From NCBI GenBank assembly GCA_964016885.1, contig OZ024748.1, forward strand, positions 4,650,001 to 4,714,000: 64,000 bases of DNA, in the 5' to 3' direction. Positions 27,530 through 41,206 of this stretch are shown here, piece after piece. Both the position numbers and the translations under genes were made by a program. The notes beneath the pieces are model-generated. The model was not told where the DNA came from, searched no databases, and was given only the letters and a program-made list of their open reading frames with translations. Origin of the DNA: Eledone cirrhosa. Taxonomy: Eukaryota. Numbering within the stretch: the stretch's first letter is position 1; each line of letters starts with the position of its first letter.

Positions 27530-28920
27530 TTTAGTTGTTGGTGTTGGTGGTGGTGTGGGTAGTGGTAGGGTCATTGTTGTTGTTGTTGGTGGTGTGGGTA
27601 GTGGTAGGGTCATTGTTGTTGTTGGTGGTGGTGTTGCTGCGGAGGTGGTGGTGGTGGTGTTACTATTGGTGGTGGTGGTGGTGGTGTTACTGTGGAGGTA
27701 GTGCTGGTGTTACTATTGGTGGTGGTGGTGGTGGTGTTACAATTGGTGGTGGTGGTGGTGTTACTGTGGAGGTGGTGGTGGTGGTGTTACTATTGGTGGT
27801 GGTGGTGGTGGTGTTACTATTGGTGGTGGTGGTGTTACTATTGGTGGTGGTGGTGTTACTGTTGAGGTGGTGGTGGTGTTACTGTGGAGGTGGTGGTGGT
27901 GTTACTATTGGTGGTGGTGGTGGTGGTGCTGGTGTTACTATTGGTGGTGGTGGTGGTGGTGTTACTATTGGTGGTGGTGGTGGTGTTACTGTGGAGGTGG
28001 TGGTGGTGTTACTATTGGTGGTGGTGGTGGTGGTGTTACTATTGGTGGTGGTGGTGTTACTGTTGAGGTGGTGGTGGTGTTACTGTGGAGGTGGTGGTGG
28101 TGTTACTATTGGTGGTGGTGGTGGTGGTGCTGGTGTTACTATTGGTGGTGGTGGTGGTGGTGTTACTATTGGTGGTGGTGGTGGTGTTACTGCGGAGGTG
28201 GTGGTGGTGTTACTATTGGTGGTGGTGGTGGTGGTGTTACTATTGGTGGAGGTGGTGGTGTTACTGTGGAGGTGGTGGTGGTGTTACTGTGGAGGTGGTG
28301 GTGGTGTTACTGTGGAGGTGGTGGTGGTGTTACTGTGGAGGTGGTGGTGGTGTGGGTAGTGGTAGCGTCATTGTTGTTGTTGGTGGTGGTGTTGGTGTTG
28401 GCGTGGGTAGTGGTGGCGTTGTTGTTGTTGTTGGTGGTGGTGTTGGTGTTGGTGTGGGTAGTGGTGGTGTTGTTGTTGTTGTTGGTGGTGGTGTTGGTGT
28501 TGGTGTGGGTAGTGGTGGTGTTGTTGTTGTTGTTGGTGGTGGTGCTAATGCTGGTCTTGTGGTTGCTGTTGTTTTTGGTACTGATGTTAGTGGTGTTGTT
28601 GTTGGTGTTGTTGTTGTTGTGGGTGATGGTGATAGTGTTGTTAATGGTGTTGATGTTGGTGGTGATGGTGTTGATAGTGTTGTTGGTAGTGGTGGTGGAG
28701 ATGGTGTTGTTGTTGGTGTTGTTGTTGTTGTTGTGGGTGATTGTGATAGTGTTGTTAATGGTGATGTTGTTGGTGGTGATGGTGGTGATAGTGTTGTTGG
28801 TAGTGGTGGTGGTGGTGATAGTGCAGTTGTTGTTGGTGGTGGTGGTGATAGTGTTGTTGGTGGTGGTGGTGGTGATAGTGTTGTTGGTGGTGGTGATGTT
28901 CTTTTCGTTGTGGTTGTGGG
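27530..28920. repeat. (GGT)n-based compound minisatellite and low-complexity tract
   Basis: Units GGTGTTACTATT(GGT)n and GGTGTTACTGTGGA(GGT)n, then a GTT/GGT/GAT mosaic. Confidence 0.95.
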
Positions 28921-29613
28921 TTGTGGGCGGAAAAGCCTGAGGAGTGAGTGGGAGTTGGTGGTGGTGGGGTAAAATCTAAGGGTCGGATCGGAGGTTGTAA
29001 GTTGAAATATAGGGGTATATAGGTGGTGGGGTTTGTGGATGGGGAGTGAGTTAGAGGGGTAAGAGGAAAGATGAGGGTTGAGGTTTTCGGGGGGCGCGGG
29101 GGGGGGGGGGGGGGTGTTTGTTTAGATGTGGTTGATAGAGACGATGGTGGTGGAGAGGGTTAAGGAGGATGGGAAACAGGAGTGATAGAAATGAAGGAGG
29201 TAGGTAGAGAAGGGTGGGATGGGAGAGATGGGTAACTGGAGGGTGTTTGGCGAGGGGAAGAGAGGGGAGGTTTCCGAGGCGGCAGGGAGAAAATACTGTT
29301 GATGTATGCTAGCAAGCAGCGAGCAAGTGAGAGACTTTTGACAATTAAGTCTCCATCGCTGTCGGTCACTATATTGTCAGCTGACCACTTAGTGACTAGA
29401 GCGTCCAAGCGTGTCTGACCCTCTGCTGGATGGAATGGCCAGATAAGGCCCTTCCCTTTGATCTTTTCCGCCTGGTCATTTGAAACATTTGAATCTTATT
29501 TCTGATATGGAGTTTATTTATTTGTTTGTTTGTTTTGTGTTGTGTTTGTTTTTTAATTTATTCTATATGGTCAGAGGTGAACATTAGCGTCGTGATTAAT
29601 ATGAATTTTTATG

Positions 29614-29648
29614 GACTGGCTACAGGTTTCGTTTTCAACAGGCCAGTC
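29614..29648 (-). ncRNA. Ultra-minimal HHR-like motif (no stem II, A6U)
   Basis: GACTGGC-CTGTTGA-AAAC-GAA-AC ct GT-A-GCCAGTC; perfect 7-bp stem I. Confidence 0.55.
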
Positions 29649-29822
29649 ACTGGTTCACTGCATTTCTGATAGATATGAACCATTCAAGGTACCCTGTAAA
29701 CTACATGGCCACGCCATTTTACTAGTCTATCTATCTGTCTAGAAAGATATCTATACTTGCCCATACCCGAACACCTGCGCGCGCGCACAATCACACACAC
29801 ATACAATATATTTATATATACC

Positions 29823-29974
<152 letters not shown>

Positions 29975-30327
29975 CCATGGAGCAAGGACTTGGAAAAGCA
30001 CAAATCGATGCATTGTGAGATGCAGAGAAATGATATATTAGATATGTGTATATATATATTAAATACAGAGTGTATATTGACTGCACCAAAGTGTATAAAT
30101 ATATACACACATCTAATATGTAGGTATATAAACATGCCAGAAAATACAAGTTTCACTGTAAATAAAAAAAATTATAAACATTTCAATCGATTTACGTATC
30201 TTATTGATATACAGAAGGTGTGTATATCAGTTAATCAACCACAGAGAAAAATCTATTTGAGTGAATGGGTATATATACACATTAAATACATGTTTCCTTG
30301 TGGTTGATTAGATGATATGCACCTCAT

Positions 30328-30362
30328 CTGATGAGGGTCCAATAAGATCCGAAAATCGATTA
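30328..30362 (+). ncRNA. HHR core lacking the stem I 5' strand
   Basis: CTGATGA-GGGTC caataa GATCC-GAA-AATCGATT-A; upstream CCTCAT is a micro-inversion of ATGAGG. Confidence 0.6.
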
Positions 30363-30613
30363 TAGATATTTGTCATTTATTTCAGTTTACAGAAAATGTC
30401 TGTTTATACCTGCACAAGAGTAATTATATTTATACACGTTGATGCAGTCTCGGTTACATACTCTGTATTTATACAGATATAACTTTATTATACTCGTCGG
30501 CTGCTAGCGCACATTTTAATAAATATCTGTGTGTGTGAGTGTGTAAATAAATGTGCTGTGTATGTGTTTGCCTGTGTGAGTGTGTGTCTTTGTGTGTGAG
30601 TTTGTGGGTGTTA

Positions 30614-30680
<67 letters not shown>

Positions 30681-30683
<3 letters not shown>

Positions 30684-30791
30684 CAAAGGAAATGTGGTAA
30701 GGAACCAGATGGACCATAACGCACCAGAGTACTCAATACTTAGGGTAGTAGAGTGGGAAATAGGAAAAAGTATGACCCCAACGGCAGAACT

Positions 30792-30793
<2 letters not shown>
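30681..30793 (-). mobile_element. Family B fragment between (TA)n tracts
   Basis: Matches 4472-4583. Confidence 0.85.
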
Positions 30794-30836
<43 letters not shown>

Positions 30837-30849
30837 AGTGGAAGCTTAT

Positions 30850-31045
30850 ATATTTAATATAGAATGGCTTCTACATACTAGAACTGTTTCATTCGGAAGA
30901 AATCATCAGGCTTCCTGATGATTTCTCCCGAATGACATAGTTCTAGTCCTGTAGAAGCCTTTTCTATATTAAATATTTATACTCTGCTTTGTATTGAGTA
31001 CCCTACTTACTGTGGTTACCCCCGATTGAACCCGGGATAAACGTA
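30850..31045 (+). mobile_element. Family A fold-back element (IR 30850-30976) with HHR at 30908-30960
   Basis: AGGCTTC-CTGATGA-TTTCTCCCGAAT-GACA..CTGT-A-GAAGCCT (7-bp stem I); GAAA is mutated in this arm but intact in the mirror arm. Confidence 0.7.
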
Positions 31046-31055
31046 TATATATATA

Positions 31056-32404
31056 TTTCACATAATCACTTATATTTATTTATTTACTAATATATATATA
31101 TATTTCACATAATCACTTATATTTATTTATTTACTAATATATATATATATTTCACATAATCACTTATATTTATTTATTTACTAATATATATATATATTTC
31201 ACATAATCACTTATATTTATTTATTTACTAATATATATATATATATATTTCACATAATCACTTATATTTATTTATTTACTAATATATATATATATTTCAC
31301 ATAATCACTTATATTTATTTATTTACTAATATATATATATATATATTTCACATAATCACTTATATTTATTTATTTACTAATATATATATATATATATTTC
31401 ACATAATCACTTATATTTATTTATTTACTAATATATATATATTTATATTTCACATAATCACTTATATTTATTTATTTACTAATATATATATATATATATT
31501 TCACATAATCACTTATATTTATTCATTTACTAATATATATATATATTTCACATAATCACTTATATTTATTTATTTACTAATATATATATATATTTCACAT
31601 AATCACTTATATTTATTTATTTACTAATATATATATATATATATATATATTTCACATAATCACTTATATTTATTTATTTACTAATATATATATATATTTT
31701 CACATAATCACTTATATTTATTTATTTACTAATATATATATATATATTTCACATAATCACTTATATTTATTTATTTACTAATATATATATATATATTTCA
31801 CATAATCACTTATATTTATTTATTTACTAATATATATATATATTCACATAATCACTTATATTTATTTATTTACTAATATATATATATATATTTCACATAA
31901 TCACTTATATTTATTTATTTACTAATATATATATATATTTCACATAATCACTTATATTTATTTATTTACTAATATATATATATATATTTCACATAATCAC
32001 TTATATTTATTTATTTACAAATATATATATATATTTCACATAATCACTTATATTTATTTATTTACTAATATATATATATATATATATTTCACATAATCAC
32101 TTATATTTATTTATTTACTAATATATATATATATTTCACATAATCACTTATATTTATTTATTTACTAATATATATATATATTTCACATAATCACTTATAT
32201 TTATTTATTTACTAATATATATATATATTTCACATATGCACTTATATTTATTTATTTACTAATATATATATATATTTCACATAATCACTTATATTTATTT
32301 ATTTACTAATATATATATATATATTTCACATAATCACTTATATTTATTTATTTACTATATATATATATATTTCACATAATCACTTATATTTATTTATTTA
32401 CTAA
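31056..32404. repeat. Minisatellite of 28 units: constant ~35-bp block plus variable (TA)n
   Basis: TTTCACATAATCACTTATATTTATTTATTTACTAA followed by variable TA runs; period about 46-57 bp; counted by eye. Confidence 0.97.
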
Positions 32405-33009
32405 TTCACTCTGTTATTCTTTCAATAATTTTTCATTTTCCTCCTTCTGTGTCTCATGTTTTATTTAAACCGATTCATCTAATCGCTACACCTGCTGGAT
32501 ATACGTGTTTCAAGGGAAATAACTCTAATGGCTTAGCTTCTGAAGTACTAGCTGTTCTTCCGTATTGCTAAAAACAACGTTTAAGTTAACGTTAAACCGT
32601 ACTGCGTGGAATATATAGATATATAGATATATAGATATATACGTCCATTACTTAGTTACTTTGTGTGTAGGTTACTTCAGACTATAATATAATTTTATTT
32701 ACTGTAGATCGTGACACCTCAGTCGCTCCAATGCATTAGACGTATCACAATTTAGAAGGTAGTAATGAGAGAGATAGCATTTAATCCGCTGAAAGGTAAA
32801 CTTATTTCAGCTTGAAATCCTCGTTAATCGTGCTGAATTCATCAGAAACCAGAATGGAGCACTAAATTTAAATCAAATCAATTCTATCCAACATCTCCAT
32901 CTCCCCCCTCTCTCTCTGTATGTCTGTCTGTCTGTCACCCCCCCCCCCCCTCTCTCTCTCTCGCTATATATATATATGGAATAAAACCCTATTGTATCGC
33001 TTATCCGTG

Positions 33010-33061
<52 letters not shown>

Positions 33062-33117
33062 GTGAGTTTTTTTTTTACAAAATGAAAAATAACCGAGGTG
33101 TCCTACACGAGTGAAAG

Positions 33118-33399
33118 TATAAAGAAAAAAAGATGAAATCGGAAATGTAACTGGAGTCTTTTTTTTTTTAAATATATATATATATTTATTTGGTTCCTTT
33201 ACCGGTTTCGCAGTTCTTCTGCTTTTCAAAAGTAGAGTTGAGATGGAGGGTCTGTGGTTTTTCTCACATCACAGACCCTCCATCTCAACTCTACTTTTGA
33301 AAAGCAGAAGAACTGCGAAACCGGTAAAGGAACCAAATAAATATATATAATTTTTATAAAAATAAGACTCCACTTGCATTTTCGATTTCATCTTTTTTT

Positions 33400-33406
<7 letters not shown>
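33118..33406. mobile_element. Fold-back element with ~138-bp arms and a 13-nt loop
   Basis: Near-perfect inverted arms centred on 33257-33269; (TA)n on the right flank. Confidence 0.85.
33294..33329 (+). ncRNA. Minimal HHR with U3:A8 core variant (mirror copy 33197-33232 on minus)
   Basis: CTT-TTGAAAA-GCAG aagaa CTGC-GAA-ACCGGT-A-AAG, followed by AATAAA. Confidence 0.65.
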
Positions 33407-33480
<74 letters not shown>

Positions 33481-33909
33481 TATATATTTATATAAATATA
33501 TATATATTTTCCGTGCTATTTCCAAACTCACCTTCGCTCTTTCTCTCTCTCTCTCAGAGAGAGAGAGAGAGAGAGAAGGTGAAGTGGGAAATACCACGGA
33601 AAATATATTTAAGTGTCTGCTTTTCTTTTTTTTTATCCTTTCTTTGATCCGTCAAAGTGACATTATTGAAAAGATGACATTGTTGGAAAAATGAGAGGGA
33701 AAATTCTTTTTTAAAAAACTTTTATAATGTCTATAAAGAATATAAAGTATTACTGGTTTCGATGTATTATTAAAATTCATCTTATCAAATGTTGAGTATT
33801 GAAATAAAAAATTAAAGAGAATTAATAGGAGTTAAAAAAAAATTAAAGATATATAATTAAATTTAAGTGTTGGAGTAAGTTTTTTTCCCATCTTTCTTGC
33901 TCATATATG

Positions 33910-33969
<60 letters not shown>

Positions 33970-34068
33970 GTGGTAGAACACTGGATGGCAATATCTATCC
34001 GTAGTGGTAGAGCACTCAGTCCATGGGACGAGTTAGGTAGAAGTGGTTACACAACAGTGTAAGATTAC

Positions 34069-34104
34069 GAGCTGAGAATCCGCTAAGGTGAAACAATTGT
34101 TCTC
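34069..34104 (+). ncRNA. HHR-like motif (G8A) enclosed by a 20-bp inverted repeat (34039-34138)
   Basis: GAG-CTGAGAA-T CC gctaa GG T-GAA-ACAATTGT-T-CTC. Confidence 0.55.
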
Positions 34105-34135
34105 AGTATGGTGAACTAACTGTTGTGTAACCACT

Positions 34136-34214
<79 letters not shown>

Positions 34215-34496
34215 ATAGTAAAGGTCAGATTTGATTCGTGGGTAGGTTAAATCATACGATAGGCCCAGTTCTCACCTGTCTGAAAATTCCACCCCAAACT
34301 TATACCTTTCATCACTGAGATTTAGTATACACGACACATAGTACGTTTTAGAAATATTTTATATGAGATATGTGTCTATTGAATTTGACAGCATGTAGTA
34401 ACAGGGATTGGAATTTCGACTATAAGCAGGAAATTTAGAAATGATGGGTTCCAAATTTCTCGCTAGCTGTGTCATTATACGTTTTCATGGCTATAT

Positions 34497-34562
<66 letters not shown>

Positions 34563-34592
34563 AGATCAAAAGATGGTTAAAGGAGTTCCATG

Positions 34593-34663
34593 TATTTTAT
34601 TATGCGCATTTCAAAAACAAACATCATCATGCAATAATATTTGTGTTTTCATCAGATAAAACA
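34593..34663 (-). ncRNA. Intact type I hammerhead motif (element 34561-34723)
   Basis: TGTTTTAT-CTGATGA-long AU-rich stem II-GAA-ATGCGCAT-A-ATAAAATA; sister copy at 49111. Confidence 0.8.
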
Positions 34664-34717
34664 GGAGAATCATGATATGAAGGCTAAAAAACACTTGTGG
34701 ATAGTGCAGTTTTAAAT

Positions 34718-34959
<242 letters not shown>

Positions 34960-35078
34960 GAAGGCGTGTGTCTGAGTGGTTAGGGAATTGGATTCGTAAT
35001 CGTAAGGTTGTGAGTTCGATTCCTGGACCAGGCGATGCGTTATGTCCTTGAGCAAGACACTTTATTTCACGTTGCTCC
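34960..35078 (+). mobile_element. tRNA-derived CORE-type SINE, 5' half (related fragment 38480-38560)
   Basis: A box-like TGTCTGAGTGGTTAGG, B box GAGTTCGATTCC, then GTCCTTGAGCAAGACACTTTATTTCACGTTGCTCC. Confidence 0.8.
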
Positions 35079-35177
35079 TTCTACCTGGAGTTGCGACCGA
35101 TAGATAGTATTAGCAATTGGAAAGACCAACGGAAACATTGTTTCCTCGGCCGATTTGACGAAAGTCGATCGTTCCTT

Positions 35178-35221
<44 letters not shown>

Positions 35222-35302
35222 TTGTAAAAGTATGCATGAACCCTCACGCGGAAAAAAATACATGGATATATACTTCTATACACACGCCTATACACACCCA
35301 CC

Positions 35303-35365
<63 letters not shown>

Positions 35366-36188
35366 GTAGAAGAGATGTTGTGTTTATTATGTTACGTGTA
35401 GTGACGTTGACAACTGGGACCACCCACCCAGCTCTTCGTGTCTGATAGCATATATCTCATATGTTTTTGTTTTTGTACCACCTCCCTACATCACCACCAC
35501 CACCACCACATTATCTCCCTCCTCCGCCTCCTCTCTCTAGTAATAAGAACAAAGAACAACAACAAGCCACACATGTAAACCACCCAATTACATGTCATAT
35601 TAACATGTTATAATAACGAGCGACGTGAACGACGTATTAGATAACCTGGCCGATTGTCCTTACTCTTTTATCTTGTATATATATTTTGAAAGGGTTTTGG
35701 TTGATATGTTTGTTGTTTATTTAACCCTAGGTCAGTCTGCTCTAATAGAGTAGGCTGCTTATTTTTAGTGGCTTTCAAACTGATAATTTCAGGCATTTCT
35801 CTCGGGTCTCAAATAATAATTGATGTATGGGGTGGAATAAGCCTTGTGCATGTATTCAGAGAAAAGAATAGACCAGATCCGACTGAGTTTGTAAATTAAA
35901 ACTGGAAGTATTACAGTAAACATATGCAAGAATTCTCAATACAATACCTTATCTAAATGTAAGCAATGATGTATAGATATATTTTTGTTAGAAACAATTC
36001 AAGGGGGAAGAGAAAAGCCTTATCACAACATACCCTGTAAACCTCACTCTTACACGTTGACTTCCTTATAACTCCTTAGCAGGTCTACAAAATTATGCCT
36101 ACTATAAACATCCAAACTGAATAGGTTGTTCGGATCCCCAGACATCGAAATCGACAGGAGAGTCCGTCATATATATATATATATATAT

Positions 36189-36326
36189 ATGGTTTTATAA
36201 ATATAGTTTCCATTTATTTAATATCATTGAATATTTACTCCAGGAAACTGTTGAGTGTTCTAAATCAGTTATAAACATTTATATTTATATTTGTCGGATT
36301 TCCAACAAATTAAATACCCCTTCTAC
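36189..36326 (+). mobile_element. 3' fragment of the 44540-44854 family
   Basis: ATGGTTTTATAAATATAGTTTCCATTT...TGTTGAGTG...CCAACAAATTAAATA shared with 44717-44854. Confidence 0.75.
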
Positions 36327-37652
36327 TTATATATATTAGGCTGACGAACATACTTTCGTCGAATGAACAAATGAGGTTTATATTTCAACAATATATTCTG
36401 GTGTCATATAGTTTGTATTTTGAGAGCTTGCTCCAACTGACAAAATTAATAGTCTTCTGCGGAGTATATATCTAGTGTTGGTTGTAATAGAGTGAGTTAA
36501 TATTGGGTCCGTGTTGAATAATTGTAGGAATACTGACAATAATTATTTTTAGTATTGTGGGAATATTTTAAATATTTGTTTGTTGGGGATCCAGCCGGAT
36601 CAGTTGGAGACGGTTGCTTCTAACAGGACTCGCTAGAAGGAGTGTTTGAGGACTCTGCCCTGAATAAGTTGGCGAAGAAGAAGATTTCTAATTTTGGCAA
36701 AGGTCAGCATAATTCAATTAACCCCAGGCCAAAGAAGGAGATGACAATGGCGACAGGTGAAAGAGAGAAAGAAAGAAAGAGAGTAGACAAAGATGTATAA
36801 ATTGTAGAAGATAATGATCATGATTTTGAGAAGAAGAAGAAGAAGAAGAAGAAGAAGAAGAAGAAGAAGAAGAAGAAGAAGAAGAAGAAGAAGAAGAAGA
36901 AGAAGAAGAAGAAGAAGAAGAAGAAGAAGAAGAAGAAGAAGAAGAAGAAGAAGAAGAAGAAGAAGAAGAAGGGGGAGGAGGGTTGGGGGTGATTATCTAG
37001 GTTTTATAATGTTGCTGTAAGAATGCATTATTTCTCTCGATGAGTTATAAATTGTATAAACTACTGGGTGTGGTCAAACAGAGACTGAAATCTGGGTAAG
37101 ATATTGGGACGTAGAATGGGTTTAGGGTGTTGGAGGGTGACAGAAGTATGGGGGATGTCAAGTGGTTGATTCTAATTTATTTAGCAGATGGGTACATTGA
37201 TGGGTATGTATATGGTTGAACTTATGAAGAACACATGACTACCATGTGACTATATGTTGAGGTGAATATAAATAAGTATGGCTAATTGTGAATACTTCAA
37301 AATAATTGAAAATGACTGTGGGGTGTCGTCTTGGTGGGAGTAACTATGTGTTGGTTAGTCAATAAGGACAGCTGTGGTGTATTGTTGAGAATAAGGCTGC
37401 AGTGGTAAGGTGTGGGGTATGTGTTGTTGATTGTGAGAATGGAGGAATTCTAGTTTATACCTAGAAGGTACCATAGGGGTGTATATATACATATGTTTAT
37501 GCACACCAACAAATATAAAGATATAGTTATGTGAATGTACACACGATGTCCGCACGTTTGTTTGCTTTTTTTCTCCCCCTTTTCCCTCATTTTTCTACGT
37601 TCCTTCTTTTTATGACTAGTTGCTTCATATTTATTTTCTATTTCTAACAATA

Positions 37653-37688
37653 TTTTCTAATGAAGGAATAGTGTCCGAAACGTTAAGA
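37653..37688 (+). ncRNA. Decayed minimal HHR (G5A)
   Basis: TTTT-CTAATGA-A GGA atagtg TCC-GAA-ACGT-T-AAGA. Confidence 0.55.
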
Positions 37689-37798
37689 CTCTCTTCTTGT
37701 AATTTCAAGCGTTAAACTGATATATTTCTTCCATGTACTGAACTGTTTGTTTTGTTATTTTAGTTTACCTTTTACAACACACACAGACACACACACAT

Positions 37799-37930
<132 letters not shown>

Positions 37931-38118
37931 GTGTATATAACAGGCACGCCGACTAACCCTTCATCTACTCTATTCGGGGGAAGACGAACATAGACAGGTA
38001 ACTGATAACAACAGGTATCAAACAATTAAAATGCTTCTAGACGATATATACATTATATAAACACACATACACAATCACACACAATCACACCACACAATCA
38101 CACACAATCACACACAAT

Positions 38119-38181
<63 letters not shown>

Positions 38182-38229
38182 CAAGGAAACAATAAACAGA
38201 GTTACAAAAAGGTATCCCTAATATATATA

Positions 38230-38308
38230 TACACACATTTCAACAACATTCTAATAAATATTCCCTGTACAGGTAATCAAACTGTGTATATATTTTTGTG
38301 GGACACCC

Positions 38309-38312
<4 letters not shown>
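38230..38312. mobile_element. Tc1/mariner-like MITE remnant (others at 46838-46931 and 53423-53460)
   Basis: Ends GGGACACCCTATA; the complementary end TACAGGGTGTCCCAAAAATGTA is at 53423; all in TA context. Confidence 0.55.
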
Positions 38313-38343
<31 letters not shown>

Positions 38344-38664
38344 TGTGTGTGTATTACATAAGGCCGTCTCATCCAATTGTCATTTCACACTTCATCCTTA
38401 TCTGTTTGCTAAAATATAAAGAAAAGACAACTGAAACAGTCTTAAAGAAAGACACTGACGTATCAAATACTCTGTCTCAACACACTGATGGTTTGGTCTC
38501 ATGATCATAAGATCTAGGTTTCGATTCCCAGACAAGGGGCCATGATGTGTTCTTGAGCCGAGCCGGAAGAGGGAGAGATTCAACGGGGTCACATTTGGCC
38601 AAGATACGTTTCAAAGTTCTTCCCCCATGAACCTGGTGTATAATGGGAAAAGTGAGTGAAATAT

Positions 38665-38702
<38 letters not shown>

Positions 38703-38874
38703 CACACACACACACACATGTATATATATATATACATACATATATATGTGTGTGTGTGTGTGTGTTTGTGTATGGGTGTATGCGTGCGTGTGACAGTTAC
38801 AGGTGGCGCGCCGTTCGAAGCCCTCAATGCTGTTACGAGGTCCCTCTCGTTTGCGTTGTATTCCAGAGTTAAGG

Positions 38875-38987
<113 letters not shown>

Positions 38988-39088
38988 AGTAAAATAACGG
39001 CGTAAAGGACTGGCGTATAATCCTGTAATTCAATGAGCTCAAAGGAAAGAGTTTTCCAAACACACTCTCCTGTGTTTTTCCTCTCTAT

Positions 39089-39138
<50 letters not shown>

Positions 39139-39719
39139 GTGTGCGTGTGTGTGTGTGTGTGTAGAATTTCGTTAAGAAGTAGAACAGAATATGACCCACT
39201 TCTTACGACACCGACGCAACAATAATGTCACATTACAGCACAAACCATACCACACTATTCTGCACCACACCACACCACACCAAACCACACCACACCACAC
39301 CATACCATACTACACCACACCACACCATACTACACCACATTACAGCACACCACACCATACCATACTACACCACATTACAGCACAAATTACATCACACCAC
39401 ACTGCATTACACCTCTTTTTTTTCTTTCTCTGACGTAACGCTTCAGATAACAAAAGCCAAGTAATTAAAACTCTGAAAACAACAACAACAACAACAACAA
39501 AATCCAAGAAAGGAATAAATAAAATGAATAAATAAATAATTATACAATAAAAACATCATTACCAATACATAAAAACACAAAAATAAACATGAAAGAGTTA
39601 ATTAGTTATTGCGTAGTTTATTATATTTGAAAATTAGCGAATTTTACTTTGACTTCACAACTTGGTTTGGTTCAGTGAATTATATATAAAGTGAACAGAG
39701 AGTTTGACAAAGAGAATTG

Positions 39720-40240
39720 GGAAAGTGATTAAATTGTAGGCGGTGTGGCGTAGAGTATAAGGGTGGTGTTGGGTGTTGTTGGGGTGCTATTTGGTGCAGC
39801 TGGTGTCGGGGAGAAGTGATTAAATTGTAGGTGGTGTGGCGTAGAGTATTAGGGTGGTGTTGGGTGTTGTTGGGCTGCTATTTGGTGCAGGTGGTGTCGG
39901 GGAGACTGATTAAATTGTAGGTGGTGTGGCGTAGAGTATGAGGGTACTGTGGCGTAGGATATGAGGGTAGTGTGGCGTAGAATATGAGGGTGGTGTTGGG
40001 TATGGTTGAGGTGTTAGTTGGTGCAGGTGGTGCAGGTGGTGTCGGCGAAAGTGATTAAAATGTAGGCGGTGTGGCGTAGAATATGAGGGTGGTGTTGGGT
40101 GTTGTGGAGGTGCTAGTTGGTGCAGGTGGGTGTCGGGGAAAGTGATTAAAAGGTAGATGGTGTGGCGTAGAGTATGAAGCTTGTGTGTGTGGAGTTGTGT
40201 GTTGTAGAGGGTCTAAATGGTGCAGGTGGTGTCGGGGAGT
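39720..40240. repeat. ~91-bp GT-rich minisatellite (about 5 degenerate units)
   Basis: AAGTGATTAAATTGTAGGYGGTGTGGCGTAGAGTAT...GGTGTCGGGGAG recurs. Confidence 0.9.
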
Positions 40241-40376
40241 TGGGTGATTTGGGCACATATTGGGTGCTGTGAGTGTGTCTAATTATGTGGTGAGGTCTGG
40301 TGTGTTGTATTGTGGTGAGGTGTCAGTAGGTTTTGGTGGGGTTGAATATGCTGTAATGTGGTGTAGAGTTCTATAG

Positions 40377-40680
40377 TGTTGTGTGGTGTGGAGGTGTTGT
40401 GGTATTCGGTGGTGTTGGGTGTAATGTTGTGTGGTGTTGTGTGTTGGTGGTGTTGTGTGGTGTGGAGGTGTTGTGGTATTCGGTGGTGTTGGGTGTAATG
40501 TTGTGTGGTGTTGTGTGTTGGTGGTGTTGTGTGGTGTGGAGGTGTTGTGGTATTCGGTGGTGTTGGGTGTAATGTTGTGTGGTGTTGTGTGTTGGTGGTG
40601 TTGTGTGGTGTGGAGGTGTTGTGGTATTCGGTGGTGTCGGGTGTAATGTTGTGTGGTGTTGTGTGGTGTGGAGGTGTGTG
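40377..40680. repeat. 74-bp minisatellite (about 4 units)
   Basis: GTGGAGGTGTTGTGGTATTCGGTGGTGTTGGGTGTAATGTTG... repeated. Confidence 0.92.
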
Positions 40681-41127
40681 GGTATTATTGGTTGGTTTTG
40701 AATGCGGTTTCATTTAGTGTAGTGAATTACGGTGCATTAGGTATGGGGCGGTCTAGTGTGGCGGTGTCTAGTGTGGTGCAGTGTGATGTGGAAGTGTGAA
40801 GTGTTAGGTGTTTTGGTGTGTTGTATATTCGTGTATTAGTATATGGCGTAGGATAATTTTAGTGTGCTTTAATGAGATTTGTTGGATGGTGTGGTGTGGT
40901 GTAGTTTAGTATGATACCAGATGGTGTCTAGAGGTTATGGGTGGTGTGTTGTGCTGCAGTGGTGTACAATGGAGAACAGAGTATTCTGGATGATAGCGAA
41001 TAGGTATTCAGATTCGTTAACCTATCTCTTTACCACAGTGACTATGTGTACATATATGCGTGTGTGTGTGTATATATATACATATACATTGATACATGAG
41101 ACACATATACATCTTCCCCCTCTCTCT

Positions 41128-41206
<79 letters not shown>

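Noticed and set aside
27535-28972. 274-357 aa Gly/Val/Trp ORFs, or an antisense Pro/Thr mucin-like frame
   Set aside because: Pure GGT/GTT repeat with frame-shifting units; no signal peptide or splice evidence
29689-29712. TACCCTGTA, resembling the 5' end of miR-10
   Set aside because: The match ends after 9 nt and there is no precursor hairpin
31056-32404. CRISPR-like look (constant ~35-bp repeat with variable spacers)
   Set aside because: Spacers are only (TA)n, there are no cas genes, and the context is eukaryotic
36400-36600. Possible PLE RT/GIY-YIG linker remnant on minus (FLQLFNTDPILTH...)
   Set aside because: Resemblance is too weak and interrupted by stops; needs TBLASTN or HMM support
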